From IMG/VR virus record IMGVR_UViG_3300005739_000025: a DNA stretch of 64,000 nucleotides. One strand, written 5' to 3'. Position numbers and translations under genes: made by a program. Below the pieces are notes generated by a model. That model had not been told where the DNA came from. It saw only the letters and a list, made by a program, of their open reading frames with translations, and did not search any database. The stretch comes from a virus (Duplodnaviria; Caudoviricetes). Below, piece by piece: positions 26,217-36,746 of this stretch. The stretch's first letter is position 1, and each line of letters begins with the position of its first letter.

Positions 26217-26615
26217 ATGAAAGTACTAACAGTAGATTTTGACGAATGTTTAGCTGAAAATAAAATAACAGCTTGGGGTGGTTCTTCTCTAGTTCCGGTA
26301 GAAAGAGTGATTAATTACGTTAAACAAAAGCATAAAGAAGGATATGAGCTTTATTGTGTTACCTTTAGGGGAACTCTAGCAGCTAAAAAAGAAGCCGAAA
26401 GCTTTATCAAAAAGCATTTAATTCCAATAAGATCTGTAATATGTACTGATGGGAAGAATAAAGTTCCTTTTATTCAAAAATTAAACAGTATTCTTCATAT
26501 AGACGATAGTGTTGAGGTTTGTACGCTTTGTGTAATGGCAGGAATCAATGTTCTCCTAGTTGATTGGGGACAAGATAAGAATAACACAACAGCTCAATTT
26601 TTACCTAAAATTTAA
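26217..26615 (+). CDS. HAD-superfamily protein
   Basis: VDFDECL motif I, HIDDS motif IV. Confidence 0.7.
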   Translation: MKVLTVDFDECLAENKITAWGGSSLVPVERVINYVKQKHKEGYELYCVTFRGTLAAKKEAESFIKKHLIPIRSVICTDGKNKVPFIQKLNSILHIDDSVEVCTLCVMAGINVLLVDWGQDKNNTTAQFLPKI

Positions 26616-26713
26616 GTTCCGATAAGTTCCTTATTTTTTTGTTGCAATTCCTTGTAGACACTCTACAATAAATTTGTTGACAATCAACAAAGAAAGGAAA
26701 TAATAACAAACAT

Positions 26714-27748
26714 ATGGCACATCAACTAGACTTCAGTAAAGGTACAGCGGCTATCGCCTACACGGGAGAAACACCCTGGCACCGTTACGGAAATCGATTC
26801 GAAAAAGCTTTTACTTCACAGGAAGCTTTGAAACACGCAGGACTCAATTATGAGGTCGAACTCCAAGAACTATCCACGGGTTCGCAAGTACTTGAGTCGC
26901 ATAAGGCAGTCGTCCGCACAGACACCGATACGGTTCTGGGCGTTGTCGGCAACGGATATGAACCCTTGCAGAACAGAGATGCTTTCCGCTTCTTTGATGC
27001 AGTGGTTGAAGGAAAAGAGGCTCGTTACGAGACAGCTGGCGCACTCAAGGGTGGTCGTCAGATCTGGTTGCTTGCTAAGATTAAAGGACAAATTCCCATT
27101 CTTAAAGACGATGTTATCGACAAGTATTTCTTGTTGACCAATCGTCATGACGGAATGGGTTCGGTTTCTGGACGCGTTACACCTATTAGAGTTGTTTGCG
27201 ATAACACGCTTACAGCTGCTATGAACCGTAACGTCAAGGAAGAGATTCGTATTGTCCATCGCGGTAATGTTGCAGATCGCTTGGAGTTCGCTGGAACTCT
27301 TCTCGCTCGTCTCGGTGCATTCTATGATGAACTCTCTGAGGTTTATCGAAAGTTTGCTAAGATCAACATTAAGGAGAAGCAGATGAAGGCTTATATCGCT
27401 GAAGCTCTTCGTCCTTACAGCGGTGTTCAAACCGAGCAACAGATGATTGAGATGAAAGAAGAAATTGAACCTTCTACTCGTCTTATTACGGAAGTTAACC
27501 GTGTTATGGAGCTCGTTGAGACTGGACGTGGAACAGACTTGAAAGGTGTTCGTGGTACTCTTTGGGGTACTTACAACGCTATTACAGAGTACGTTGATCA
27601 CGTTAAAGTACCTCGCGCTGGCGAAGAAGCCCGTATTCAGTATATGGGATTCGGAACCGGTAAGATGGTAAAAGACGCAGCTCTTAAGCTCGGCGTTCGT
27701 ATTGCTAAACACGGGTTCGTTGAAAAGAACCTAACGTTGCTGAACTAA
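26714..27748 (+). CDS. DUF932/phage-plasmid protein (TIGR03299-like)
   Basis: PWH..G, YEPLQNRDAF.FFD, ETAGALKGGRQIW, TPIRVVCDNTL, GTLWG.YNAITEYVDH; SD AAGGAAA. Confidence 0.9.
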   Translation: MAHQLDFSKGTAAIAYTGETPWHRYGNRFEKAFTSQEALKHAGLNYEVELQELSTGSQVLESHKAVVRTDTDTVLGVVGNGYEPLQNRDAFRFFDAVVEGKEARYETAGALKGGRQIWLLAKIKGQIPILKDDVIDKYFLLTNRHDGMGSVSGRVTPIRVVCDNTLTAAMNRNVKEEIRIVHRGNVADRLEFAGTLLARLGAFYDELSEVYRKFAKINIKEKQMKAYIAEALRPYSGVQTEQQMIEMKEEIEPSTRLITEVNRVMELVETGRGTDLKGVRGTLWGTYNAITEYVDHVKVPRAGEEARIQYMGFGTGKMVKDAALKLGVRIAKHGFVEKNLTLLN

Positions 27749-27775
27749 ATACTTAAGATAGATTTAGTTCTATCA

Positions 27776-27812
27776 CCCCTGGTGGCCCGGGCTGCCAGGG
27801 GTACGTATTTTT
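27776..27812 (+). terminator. Probable intrinsic terminator after the DUF932 gene
   Basis: ACCCCTGGTGGC/GCTGCCAGGGGT hairpin, with a T-tract a few nt later. Confidence 0.55.
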
Positions 27813-27847
27813 ATTGACCGTATTAAAGTTTCCTATAACATATATGT

Positions 27848-28114
27848 ATGCTTTGCTACAATTGCAGCGATGTTATAGAACAAGAAAGATTAGATATTCT
27901 TCCGGAAACTAAAGTATGCTCTCTTTGTGCAAAACAATACGTAAACGTTTCTAAACCTAAAGGAATTATGGTTTGGGGTCATAAAACAGCAGGCGAGATA
28001 CAAATAGTATCTCAAGAAAGTTTTAGAGATTATCGTCGCCATAATCCTTATGGCCGCTATACTGGTAGAGGTTCAGGAATTCATAGAGTTACTAAAGCTA
28101 CAGAATATATTTGA
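27848..28114 (+). CDS. DksA/TraR-type C4 zinc-finger protein
   Basis: CYNCSDVIEQERLDILPETKVCSLCA. Confidence 0.75.
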   Translation: MLCYNCSDVIEQERLDILPETKVCSLCAKQYVNVSKPKGIMVWGHKTAGEIQIVSQESFRDYRRHNPYGRYTGRGSGIHRVTKATEYI

Positions 28115-28512
28115 TGATTAATTACGTTTTTAACGACGCAGGCTCTCCAAGTTATGAGAGAAACGATTGTACAGTTAGAACATTAGCCATAACCACAAAG
28201 ACGCCTTATCTTAGAGCATTTGCTATTCTAAGTAACGCTGGTAGAAAACGGAATAGAGGTTTTCATATTCAAAAATTTTTAAAAACTAATAAAAGAGTTT
28301 GTAACCACTTTTTTAGAAAGCTATCTTTTCGTAATCCTATTACGGTAAATAAATTCGTTAAAAGATACCCCAAAGGTACATATTACGTTTTAATTAGAGG
28401 GCATGTATTTGCTATAATAGATGGTACAGTTTACGACGTGATTCAACCTAAACCAGGACAAAGGATTAAGGTGGCATGGCGCGTTGAGTCTATAGATAAC
28501 ATTTGCATATAG
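28111..28512 (+). CDS. Hypothetical phage protein
   Basis: RNDCTVR...GHVFAIIDG, possible Cys-His catalytic pair. Confidence 0.55.
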   Translation: MMINYVFNDAGSPSYERNDCTVRTLAITTKTPYLRAFAILSNAGRKRNRGFHIQKFLKTNKRVCNHFFRKLSFRNPITVNKFVKRYPKGTYYVLIRGHVFAIIDGTVYDVIQPKPGQRIKVAWRVESIDNICI

Positions 28513-28711
28513 AATAAATATATATGCAGTATGAGCTCCAAAAAAGAAGGGGTAATTCCTTTGTCTTCTGTAGAAGAAGATAAAAAAGAAAAACCATCCT
28601 TAGTAGAAAAAATTGTAGACTCTATTCATCAAGATATTATCGATGTTATAGAAACAATTAAAGAAACAGAAAAATCTTGACTGTCCTATAAAAGTAAATA
28701 CTATATACAAG

Positions 28712-29290
28712 ATGAGTTTTTTGTATAAAGATATAGTATTGGTTCTTAATAGAAACTGGCAGGCTATTGGTGTCAAGACACCAGCTGATACATTCGGGAT
28801 GCTTATGACCGATGCCGCAACAGCTTTGTTTATAGATGGTGAAGCTGCAATGCTTCCTATGAAATGGAAAGACTGGATCAAGCAACCTATAACAGAAGAT
28901 GATCTAACAGTTAATACCCCAAAAGGTAAAATTAAAATACCTAAGGTTATCGTACTATGTAAGTTTGATAGAGTGCCTAAAAAACGTCCAAGGTTTTCTT
29001 CTAAAAACGTTTGGATTAGAGAGCAAGGACGTTGTGCTTATACAGGCAAAAAGCTCAAACCAGATGAAGGTAATATAGATCATTTAGTACCGAAGAGTAG
29101 AGGAGGTAAAACAGATTGGCTTAATTGTGTTCTGGCATGTAAAGAGATTAATTCTAAAAAAGCTAACTTGACTCCTGAAGAGGCTGGATTAAAATTATTA
29201 ATAACACCTACAGTTCCAAAAGAAATGCCAACCTATTTCTATATTAGAAATAAACACAACATTAAGGAATGGAACTACTTTTTAAAATGA
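28712..29290 (+). CDS. HNH endonuclease (McrA-like)
   Basis: LVLNRNWQ, CAYTG...NIDHLVPKSRGG...NCVLAC..N..K. Confidence 0.9.
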   Translation: MSFLYKDIVLVLNRNWQAIGVKTPADTFGMLMTDAATALFIDGEAAMLPMKWKDWIKQPITEDDLTVNTPKGKIKIPKVIVLCKFDRVPKKRPRFSSKNVWIREQGRCAYTGKKLKPDEGNIDHLVPKSRGGKTDWLNCVLACKEINSKKANLTPEEAGLKLLITPTVPKEMPTYFYIRNKHNIKEWNYFLK

Positions 29291-29440
29291 AAGACTCAAC
29301 AAAATTAGTAGACAAGATAATGGAACTTGAAAAAGAAGTAGACTCCATGGTATCATTAAGTAGTAAAGATCTTTCTTACTTCTCTAAAAAATATCTAGAT
29401 CTGCTGGAATTAAAAGAATTAGAGTATAATCTTAGAGAAT

Positions 29441-30073
29441 ATGCCTCTCTCTGACGAAGATCTTTATAAAATAATGGGTCCTACTTCTATTGCTCCAGAT
29501 GAGAGAAGTTTCGTTAATGAAATAACAAATCAGGTAATTGTAAGAAAAGGCTCTTTTGACGCCGGTCATAGAGTAATGAATGAAAGACTTAAATGTTTTA
29601 ATATTCATGGTCATACCTATCTTTACGAGTTGGCGTTTAATTTTAGTAAATCAAAAGATATAGGATATAATATAGATTTTAAAGAAATTAAAAGAGTAGG
29701 CTGTCAATGGATAGACGATCATCTTGATCACGCTTTAATAGTAAACCCTAACGATCACTTTTTAATTCAAGCGGGTATAGGTTTAAAATCTAAAATGTGG
29801 TTTATGTCTCTAAATGGGGTTGGTAAATATTGTAACCCTACAGTAGAGAACATAGCCAAAGAAATATTTCTAGCTATTCAGTTTCTATTAAATGATAAAG
29901 ACTTACATTTACAACATATTAGACTCTATGAGACCCCTAACTGCTATACAGAATGTTATAGACATAGTATATCACCTAGTGAGAAAAATAATTTCTTAGA
30001 TAGATACAAAAAAGATTTAGAAAAATATAAGCAAGAGAAAGGAACAATTGAATATGACGATAGAAAGCTCTGA
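29441..30073 (+). CDS. queD: 6-carboxytetrahydropterin synthase (QueD/PTPS family)
   Basis: FDAGHR...C.NIHGHTY, DFKEIK...LDHA, NPTVENIA, LYETP. Confidence 0.85.
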   Translation: MPLSDEDLYKIMGPTSIAPDERSFVNEITNQVIVRKGSFDAGHRVMNERLKCFNIHGHTYLYELAFNFSKSKDIGYNIDFKEIKRVGCQWIDDHLDHALIVNPNDHFLIQAGIGLKSKMWFMSLNGVGKYCNPTVENIAKEIFLAIQFLLNDKDLHLQHIRLYETPNCYTECYRHSISPSEKNNFLDRYKKDLEKYKQEKGTIEYDDRKL

Positions 30074-30515
30074 TCCAACTAAACATTTTTTTTATTGGGA
30101 AGCTTATTATTCCCTTGTAAAAGGGCTAAAAAATAAAATAGAATCAAAGCCTGATATTATTGTTTCGATAGGTAAAGGAGGTTCTATTCCAGGCGTTATT
30201 TTAGCTGAACATTATAATATTAATAATTTAAATTTTGGTATTAAATCCTACGTTGGGTTTAATCAATCCAAGATACTAGAATATCAATCAATTCCCAGTT
30301 ATGAGAGCTTAAGAGGTATGAAAGTATTGTTGGTTGATGATTTAGCAGATTCAGGTGATACATTCATGTATGCATTAGATAAGTTTAAACAAAATTTTGT
30401 TGATAATGTTGAGACTGCCTCAGTGTTTAAAAAATCAAAGTCAAAATTTGTTCCTAATTATTATGCCCAAGAAATTGATAGTGAAATATGGATTGTTCAA
30501 CCTTGGGAAATTTAA
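30048..30515 (+). CDS. Purine phosphoribosyltransferase
   Basis: IGKGGSIPG, VLLVDDLADSGDT PRPP loop, W..QPWE. Confidence 0.85.
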   Translation: MNMTIESSDPTKHFFYWEAYYSLVKGLKNKIESKPDIIVSIGKGGSIPGVILAEHYNINNLNFGIKSYVGFNQSKILEYQSIPSYESLRGMKVLLVDDLADSGDTFMYALDKFKQNFVDNVETASVFKKSKSKFVPNYYAQEIDSEIWIVQPWEI

Positions 30516-30549
30516 TTGATTTTTTACTAAGTTCCTTCATAATATATTA

Positions 30550-31143
30550 GTGACTGAAGGTATAAAAAAATTAATTGCAGATATATCTCTTAACTGCATA
30601 AAAAATAACATATCCCTTAGGTTTGAGAACAAGCATTTGGTAGATATGGATAATCTTCCATGCAGCGGATATTTTGATGAATCTAGCCTTGTTGTGGCTA
30701 CTAAGAAGTCTAAAACATCAGAATGGGTCACAACTCTACTTCATGAGTCCTGTCACATGGATCAATATCTTGAAAAATCTAAAGTTTATATTTCTGATAA
30801 TGCCGGTCTTAATATTGTAGAAGATTGGATTAATAAGAAATCAATTAGCAAAAACAGACTTTTTAACGGGTTTAAGAATACAATACTATTGGAGCTTGAT
30901 TGTGAAAAAAGAACCGTAAAGAAAATTAAAAAATATAAACTTAATATTTCTATTCCCACATACATTCAAGAAGCTAACGCATATTTGTTTTCCTACATTT
31001 ATGCATTGGAAGAAAAAACTTGGTATGAAGCTCCGTATGAAAATTTGAAAATAGTTAAAGTTATGCCTAAGACATTTCTTACAATAGATGAATATTTTGA
31101 AAAGTTTAAAAATTATAAAAAATATTTTGTTAAAAAATCTTGA
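30550..31143 (+). CDS. Hypothetical protein with HExxH motif
   Basis: LLHESCHMDQ. Confidence 0.55.
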   Translation: MTEGIKKLIADISLNCIKNNISLRFENKHLVDMDNLPCSGYFDESSLVVATKKSKTSEWVTTLLHESCHMDQYLEKSKVYISDNAGLNIVEDWINKKSISKNRLFNGFKNTILLELDCEKRTVKKIKKYKLNISIPTYIQEANAYLFSYIYALEEKTWYEAPYENLKIVKVMPKTFLTIDEYFEKFKNYKKYFVKKS

Positions 31144-31171
31144 TATAATTTATACTAATATATAATAAAGT

Positions 31172-31495
31172 ATGGAAAAATTTAAAACAGTAAAAGAAAA
31201 ACGTGATTTATATATAGATTTTTCTGAAGAAGAAATTGCAGAATTAGGCTGGAAGGATAATCAAAGACTTTCTATTGATATTAAAGATGATGGTTGTATC
31301 GAAATAAAGCCATGGAAGACTATAGAGCTAGACACCACATCTTGGGATCCTAGCATTTTTAGAATGCTTGTTGATATATCCCTAGAACAAGATAAATCTG
31401 TTAATGATGTGATTGTTGATATTATCACCACATCAATAAATAGAGAGACAGCTACAACAAATACACAATTGCTTTGCGAAAATGGGACTGTTTGA
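31172..31495 (+). CDS. AbrB/MazE-like DNA-binding protein (tentative)
   Basis: LYIDFSEEEIAELGWKDNQRLSIDIKDDGCIEIKP. Confidence 0.45.
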   Translation: MEKFKTVKEKRDLYIDFSEEEIAELGWKDNQRLSIDIKDDGCIEIKPWKTIELDTTSWDPSIFRMLVDISLEQDKSVNDVIVDIITTSINRETATTNTQLLCENGTV

Positions 31496-32063
31496 TAGAG
31501 TTATAATAAATTATCCATTACCACTACCGTTAGAAGTGGTTGATTATATACCAGATATATACCAAAAAGAGTTTCAAACCAAAGATTTGTCTAACTTTTT
31601 AGAAGATTATATATTAGAAGAAGATGGGAGGTTGATAGAAGTATCCGTCAAAAGAGAGTGGGTTGACGATGATGACTCTTTTTTAAAGGGCTATTTTAAG
31701 GTAATAGATCAAAAGAATATACCCACAAATTATCACGGTGTTTTAGAATTTTATGCTTATGAAAGAATTCATACCGGAGATGGTAAAGGAACAGATATAA
31801 GTATTGACTATTTAGCCAAATTTAATGATGGAACCTTAACAGATATAGATCTCTTAGAATATGAAGTAAGAGATTCATCTGAAGATATTAAAAGAACTAA
31901 TGAATTTTTTAAACAATTAGAAAATAAAAGAAGTAAATGGTATAATAAGTATTTTTTTGGAACAAAACTAGTAGTTTTCTTTAGAAGAAAAATAGTAAGA
32001 ATATTTGGATCCTTACATAATTTTACAGGAAAGCTACATTCCTTTATTATTAGACATTTATAG
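31482..32063 (+). CDS. Hypothetical phage protein
   Basis: MGLFD...EFQTKDL family pattern. Confidence 0.55.
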   Translation: MGLFDRVIINYPLPLPLEVVDYIPDIYQKEFQTKDLSNFLEDYILEEDGRLIEVSVKREWVDDDDSFLKGYFKVIDQKNIPTNYHGVLEFYAYERIHTGDGKGTDISIDYLAKFNDGTLTDIDLLEYEVRDSSEDIKRTNEFFKQLENKRSKWYNKYFFGTKLVVFFRRKIVRIFGSLHNFTGKLHSFIIRHL

Positions 32064-32080
32064 AATAAATATTCTATAGT

Positions 32081-32740
32081 ATGCCGTTATCATTTGATCC
32101 TTATCACCTTACGTTAATTTTTGTTGCATTAATTACTGGTGTTATATCCCCAGTTGTTATACAGGTTACGAAATATTACCTTTCTCTATTAAGACACCCT
32201 AAAATTAATCAAAGATCTGAAATTGTAAATGTTCTAAAGTTAGAAGAAAAAATTACTTTAAAACTTGAGTCAATTTTAAATAGATATAAAGCTGATAGAG
32301 TATGGGTTGTAGAGTTTCACAATGGAGGACACACATATACAGGTAGAGGAATGCAAAAGTTTTCAGAGACTTACGAGGTATCTAATAAAGGTATATCTTT
32401 AGAAAGTAACAACACTCAAAATCTTCCTACATCATTGTTTAGTACTTCTCTAGTTGCAATTAGTAATAATTATTTGTATATTGAAAATGTAAATGATGAT
32501 GAAAAAAAAATTGTTACATCTACAGCATTTAAAGAATTTTTATTAAATAGAGGAGTTAAAAGTTTTATAGGTCTTCCAATCAAAAATATAGAAAATAACC
32601 TTGTTGGGATTCTTTGTTTAGATAATGTTTTAAACACTTTTCAGCTTAAAGATGCCGAAATTTATGAGCTTAAACAAGACGCCAGTATATTGGCCGGTTA
32701 TTTGGAATCTATTTTAAAATATGTACAAAATAAGGAATAA
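32081..32740 (+). CDS. Putative T4 gpT-like holin (one TM helix plus GAF-like domain)
   Basis: N-terminal TM helix, then ADRVWVVEFHNGG...KSFIGLPI...VGILCLD. Confidence 0.55.
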   Translation: MPLSFDPYHLTLIFVALITGVISPVVIQVTKYYLSLLRHPKINQRSEIVNVLKLEEKITLKLESILNRYKADRVWVVEFHNGGHTYTGRGMQKFSETYEVSNKGISLESNNTQNLPTSLFSTSLVAISNNYLYIENVNDDEKKIVTSTAFKEFLLNRGVKSFIGLPIKNIENNLVGILCLDNVLNTFQLKDAEIYELKQDASILAGYLESILKYVQNKE

Positions 32741-32972
32741 AATCTATTTACTTCTTACTCCAAAACAATCAGTGAAGACTCTCTCTGTACTTTTATTTTT
32801 TATTGGATTGACATGTATTCCTGCTTCTTTGTTTGTTGTGTTATCGTCAGGTTATAATTTAGACAATAAAATTATGGGACTATTTATAGGTCTTTGGGCT
32901 CCTACATTAATAAGTATAGCTAATTTTTTTAAAAATAATTGATTTATAAAAAATTATAATTAATATATAGGA

Positions 32973-34118
32973 ATGGAATATAAAATTTACCGTCTACCGG
33001 AATCCATAACAAAAAATATTAAAGATCTCTCTATAGCATATGGAAGCTCTAATAATATTATTCCAAAATTTTTAATTACCTATCTCACAGGTCTAGGCGT
33101 TCATACAAAAAATTATTCTGACTATTTTAAATCTGATAAGGTTTTAGAAAAACTATTTAAAGAAGGTGAAATTATAGAAATGAGTGAAACTAAAACTCTT
33201 AAAAATGAGTTAATTAGTAGGGATTTATACCCAGGCGATGAATTTATAGACTCAGATAAAAATTATATGTTCTTTTATAAGGATAATATTATTAGAGTAT
33301 GCATGAACGAAGAGGTGAGCTTTGCAACAAACAAAAAGGAAAACTGTAATATTATCTTTTACTACTCTTTAGATAAACAATGCGCTGATGTTGATTTCTT
33401 TGAATTTATTAACAAATCAAAAGAACCAAAAGTATTTTTACTTAATCAAGAATTTGGAGATTATGTATTTTCTAAATTTACTATTTCACTTCCTAAGACT
33501 TTTGATCTTAAATTAAACTATGGAGATGAATTTGAAAAAACTAGTAAAAAACTTATCGAGTCTATTAACTCTAATCATTCTGGTTTATACATGTTTCATG
33601 GACCTCCCGGTACAGGTAAATCTACATATATAAAATATCTGTCTTCAATTTTAAAAAAGGACGTAATATTTTTTCCAACTAGTTTAGTTGGTAATATTAC
33701 TAGCCCTGAAATTGTTAATTTACTAACAAGAAAACAAAATTGTGTTTTGGTTTTGGAAGACGCGGAAAAAGCTATTATTAAAAGAGACTCTAATAATGAC
33801 TCATCTTTAGTTTCAACCCTCTTAAATATGACAGACGGTATCTTAGGTGACGTACTTAAACTTAATGTTATAGTTACCTATAATTGTGATAGAACAGAAA
33901 TAGATGAAGCATTATTAAGAAAAGGTAGATTAAAAGCAGAACACTCATTTAAAGCATTGAGCAAAGAGAATGCTATTAGGTTAGCTAAAAAACTTAAACT
34001 TGACATAAATGTAGAAAGTGAGATGACACTTGCTGATATCTTTAACTACAAGAAAGATGAAGAACTAATAGGCAATAGAGAGACGTTAACTGAAAAGAAA
34101 AGAATAGGGTTTATTTAA
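32973..34118 (+). CDS. AAA+ ATPase
   Basis: HGPPGTGKS, LVLEDAE, LLNMTDGILG, IDEALLRKGRL. Confidence 0.9.
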   Translation: MEYKIYRLPESITKNIKDLSIAYGSSNNIIPKFLITYLTGLGVHTKNYSDYFKSDKVLEKLFKEGEIIEMSETKTLKNELISRDLYPGDEFIDSDKNYMFFYKDNIIRVCMNEEVSFATNKKENCNIIFYYSLDKQCADVDFFEFINKSKEPKVFLLNQEFGDYVFSKFTISLPKTFDLKLNYGDEFEKTSKKLIESINSNHSGLYMFHGPPGTGKSTYIKYLSSILKKDVIFFPTSLVGNITSPEIVNLLTRKQNCVLVLEDAEKAIIKRDSNNDSSLVSTLLNMTDGILGDVLKLNVIVTYNCDRTEIDEALLRKGRLKAEHSFKALSKENAIRLAKKLKLDINVESEMTLADIFNYKKDEELIGNRETLTEKKRIGFI

Positions 34119-34509
34119 TTCTTTTTCTTTTTACCTTCAATCTTTTATACGGTCCTATATCCACTTTAGTAAAGAATATTGATAGTAATTTCCATATATC
34201 ATATGGAGTAAGAATATTAACAATTTTCAATTCTATTCTAGCTACCCAGCCTTCCCAATTTTTAGGGTACAAGTCATGAAGAACTTCATGTATTATTGTT
34301 GGAATTAATTGCTTTCTATGATCTATTTTTATAGATTCATCCCAACAATATTCTCCACAGATTCCTCTCATTCTTTTAAAAACAAAGTAACCTCTAGGTT
34401 TTTCTGAAATTCTTTTAATAATTCTTCTAAAAATATATCTTAATTGAGATCTTGTATATTCTTTAGGGTCTCTATTATGCATGTTTTTATTATAACGTTT
34501 AGAACCCAT
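34111..34509 (-). CDS. Hypothetical protein with HExxH motif
   Basis: IIHEVLH. Confidence 0.5.
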   Translation of the reverse strand: MGSKRYNKNMHNRDPKEYTRSQLRYIFRRIIKRISEKPRGYFVFKRMRGICGEYCWDESIKIDHRKQLIPTIIHEVLHDLYPKNWEGWVARIELKIVNILTPYDIWKLLSIFFTKVDIGPYKRLKVKRKRIK

Positions 34510-34539
34510 ATATCAATATTTACAAAAAAAACTTGACTT

Positions 34540-35124
34540 TTGTTTTTGTTCCGTTATAATATGTTTATGAAAGCTAAAAAACTAATTGATAATTCTAAGA
34601 TTAGTCATTTGCTAGATGGAGTTAATACTAATAATAAACTCTCAGTTTGGTGGTATGATCTTAAGAAATCTATTAGATATATGATACCCTATCAAATAGT
34701 TGACTTTTATAATAAAAAAATTGAAACTATTTGGAAACCAAGACATTCCAGAATCAGAAAAGCTATTCCAAAATACTGGATGGATTTAGATTATGTAATT
34801 GTAGAAGTTAATTTTGAGATTATTAAATCATTTTACGAGGATGAATATAAAGAAGGTTTAGTTGATTGGACCGTAGATAAAAGTCACTCAGAATTTGCTA
34901 ACTGGCTTGAAAGTTCTTATCGCTATATTAAATACATAAAACCGGAATTAGAAAAAGAAAAGGAGGCAGCATATCCAAGCAATGATATCTCAATCAAACA
35001 AAGAGAGAAAATGTCCTATAACGAGCTTTATGGAGAGGTGGACAAAATTGAAAAACACATTCATAGGATGGATACTAAAATTCTAACCGATCTAATAAAG
35101 TATAGAGATTTTCTTTGGACATGA
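34540..35124 (+). CDS. Hypothetical protein (true start probably 34561 or 34567)
   Basis: ORF behind the early promoter at 34533-34560. Confidence 0.55.
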   Translation: MFLFRYNMFMKAKKLIDNSKISHLLDGVNTNNKLSVWWYDLKKSIRYMIPYQIVDFYNKKIETIWKPRHSRIRKAIPKYWMDLDYVIVEVNFEIIKSFYEDEYKEGLVDWTVDKSHSEFANWLESSYRYIKYIKPELEKEKEAAYPSNDISIKQREKMSYNELYGEVDKIEKHIHRMDTKILTDLIKYRDFLWT

Positions 35125-35441
35125 AAAGATTAGACGAAATAGTATTAATTATATTATTATTTGTAGGTTTTGCTGTTGTAGCTTGGTCTATTCCAATAAT
35201 ACTATATAATATAAAGTATATAGCCTATTAATGAATATTGGAAAAATTAATATATGGGTAGGGTGGGTGAGGTTTTTTAAAACCTATTGGGTTCCCAAAT
35301 TTTCTTTTTTTAATGGAGGTAAGTACTGGAAAATAGGATTTTATTGGTTAAAATATTTAATAGAATTATCGGGACCTAAAAAAGATAACACTATTTATAA
35401 AAGAGTTACTTCTGAAGAACTTGATAAAATTTTAAACGAAC

Positions 35442-35852
35442 TTGATGACTATGCAAACTAAAGATACAAATTTAATTAATAATAAAGCGTTAAGACAGAT
35501 TTGGTTTGTCTGTGGACTGATTTGCGTTGGATTGGGTATTATTGGATATATTTTACCGGTAATGCCTGGAACTACATTTATGATTATTGCTTTGTATTGC
35601 TTTGCAAAAAGCAATGAAAGATGGCACCGATGGATGTTAAACAATAAATATTTTGGACAAACATTGAGAGATTTTAAAGCAGGTAAAGGTATGTCACTAA
35701 CAGCTAAAATAACAGCCTACACATCTATTTTTGTTAGCATTGCTATAAGTATGTTTTTTGCTTCCAATTTTTATGTTCGTGTATTTCTTATATTTTGTTT
35801 TGTTTTCGCAACTACATGTGTAGTATTGCAAAAAACTAAAAAGACAAAATAA
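35442..35852 (+). CDS. DUF454/YbaN-family membrane protein
   Basis: LGIIGYILPVMPGTTFMIIALYCFAKS.ERWHRWMLNNKYFG. Confidence 0.85.
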   Translation: MMTMQTKDTNLINNKALRQIWFVCGLICVGLGIIGYILPVMPGTTFMIIALYCFAKSNERWHRWMLNNKYFGQTLRDFKAGKGMSLTAKITAYTSIFVSIAISMFFASNFYVRVFLIFCFVFATTCVVLQKTKKTK

Positions 35853-35882
35853 TTAATTATAAATCTTCTTGGTTATATAAAA

Positions 35883-36746
35883 ATGAGGTCTATAGTTATA
35901 GCTGATATTCATCAACGAATAGATTCGGTAAAGAGAATTTTAGAAACTGAAAAAAATTACGATGAAGTAGTCTTTCTTGGTGATTGGTTTGATTCTTTCT
36001 ACGAACCACCTAGAGTAGCAGGCATGGAAGAGACTGCTGAGTATCTTCGGTATCTTGTTATGGATCACCCAGACAAGTCAAAGTTTACTTTCTTAATTGG
36101 TAATCACGATCTTTCTTACATCTATAACAATAGAGCCTCTTCAACAGCTTCTATTCATAAGTCAATTAAATTTTATTGCTCTGGCTTTTCCACTTCAAAA
36201 GCTAAAAAGTTTCGTAAAGTTTTTTACGATGAAGGTTTAAAAGATGACTTCTTTTATAAAAACTTTAAAATTGCTCATCAGACTCAAGGGTGGACTTTAT
36301 CTCATGCTGGTCTTCATGAAGGGTACATCCCGGTAGGTAAAAATGCAGACATACTAGTTAATGAAATTATTCCTCATGTTTGGAAGAACTTTAGAGACTT
36401 TACTATCCCACATCATTGGCTTATTTCAGGTGCCGGGCATTATAGAGGAGGCGATTGCCCAATTGGAGGCGCTCTTTGGCTTGATTGGCGAGCTGAATTT
36501 GAAGCTTCTGAACATATTGGAAAACAAATTGTTGGACATACTACAATTAAAATGCCAGAAGTAATTCACATGAATACAAACAAAGAGTCATGGAATCTTG
36601 ATACAGAAAAAGATTATGGTGTTATTATTGGGGGAATGATGACAACTAAGCCTATTCCTATTCCAGAACAAAAAAACTATAAATTAAACAAAAATGTCTT
36701 GAGTGTTTCTCAAAATACTCTAAAATGGGATCATTATGACGGTTAG
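35883..36746 (+). CDS. Calcineurin-like metallophosphoesterase
   Basis: DIH, GDWFD, GNHD, SHAG, VGHT. Confidence 0.9.
   Translation: MRSIVIADIHQRIDSVKRILETEKNYDEVVFLGDWFDSFYEPPRVAGMEETAEYLRYLVMDHPDKSKFTFLIGNHDLSYIYNNRASSTASIHKSIKFYCSGFSTSKAKKFRKVFYDEGLKDDFFYKNFKIAHQTQGWTLSHAGLHEGYIPVGKNADILVNEIIPHVWKNFRDFTIPHHWLISGAGHYRGGDCPIGGALWLDWRAEFEASEHIGKQIVGHTTIKMPEVIHMNTNKESWNLDTEKDYGVIIGGMMTTKPIPIPEQKNYKLNKNVLSVSQNTLKWDHYDG

Noticed and set aside
26844-27712. Long antisense and alternative-frame ORFs over the DUF932 gene (also over 42635-43471 and 57214-57546)
   Set aside because: Expected with strongly biased host-like codon usage
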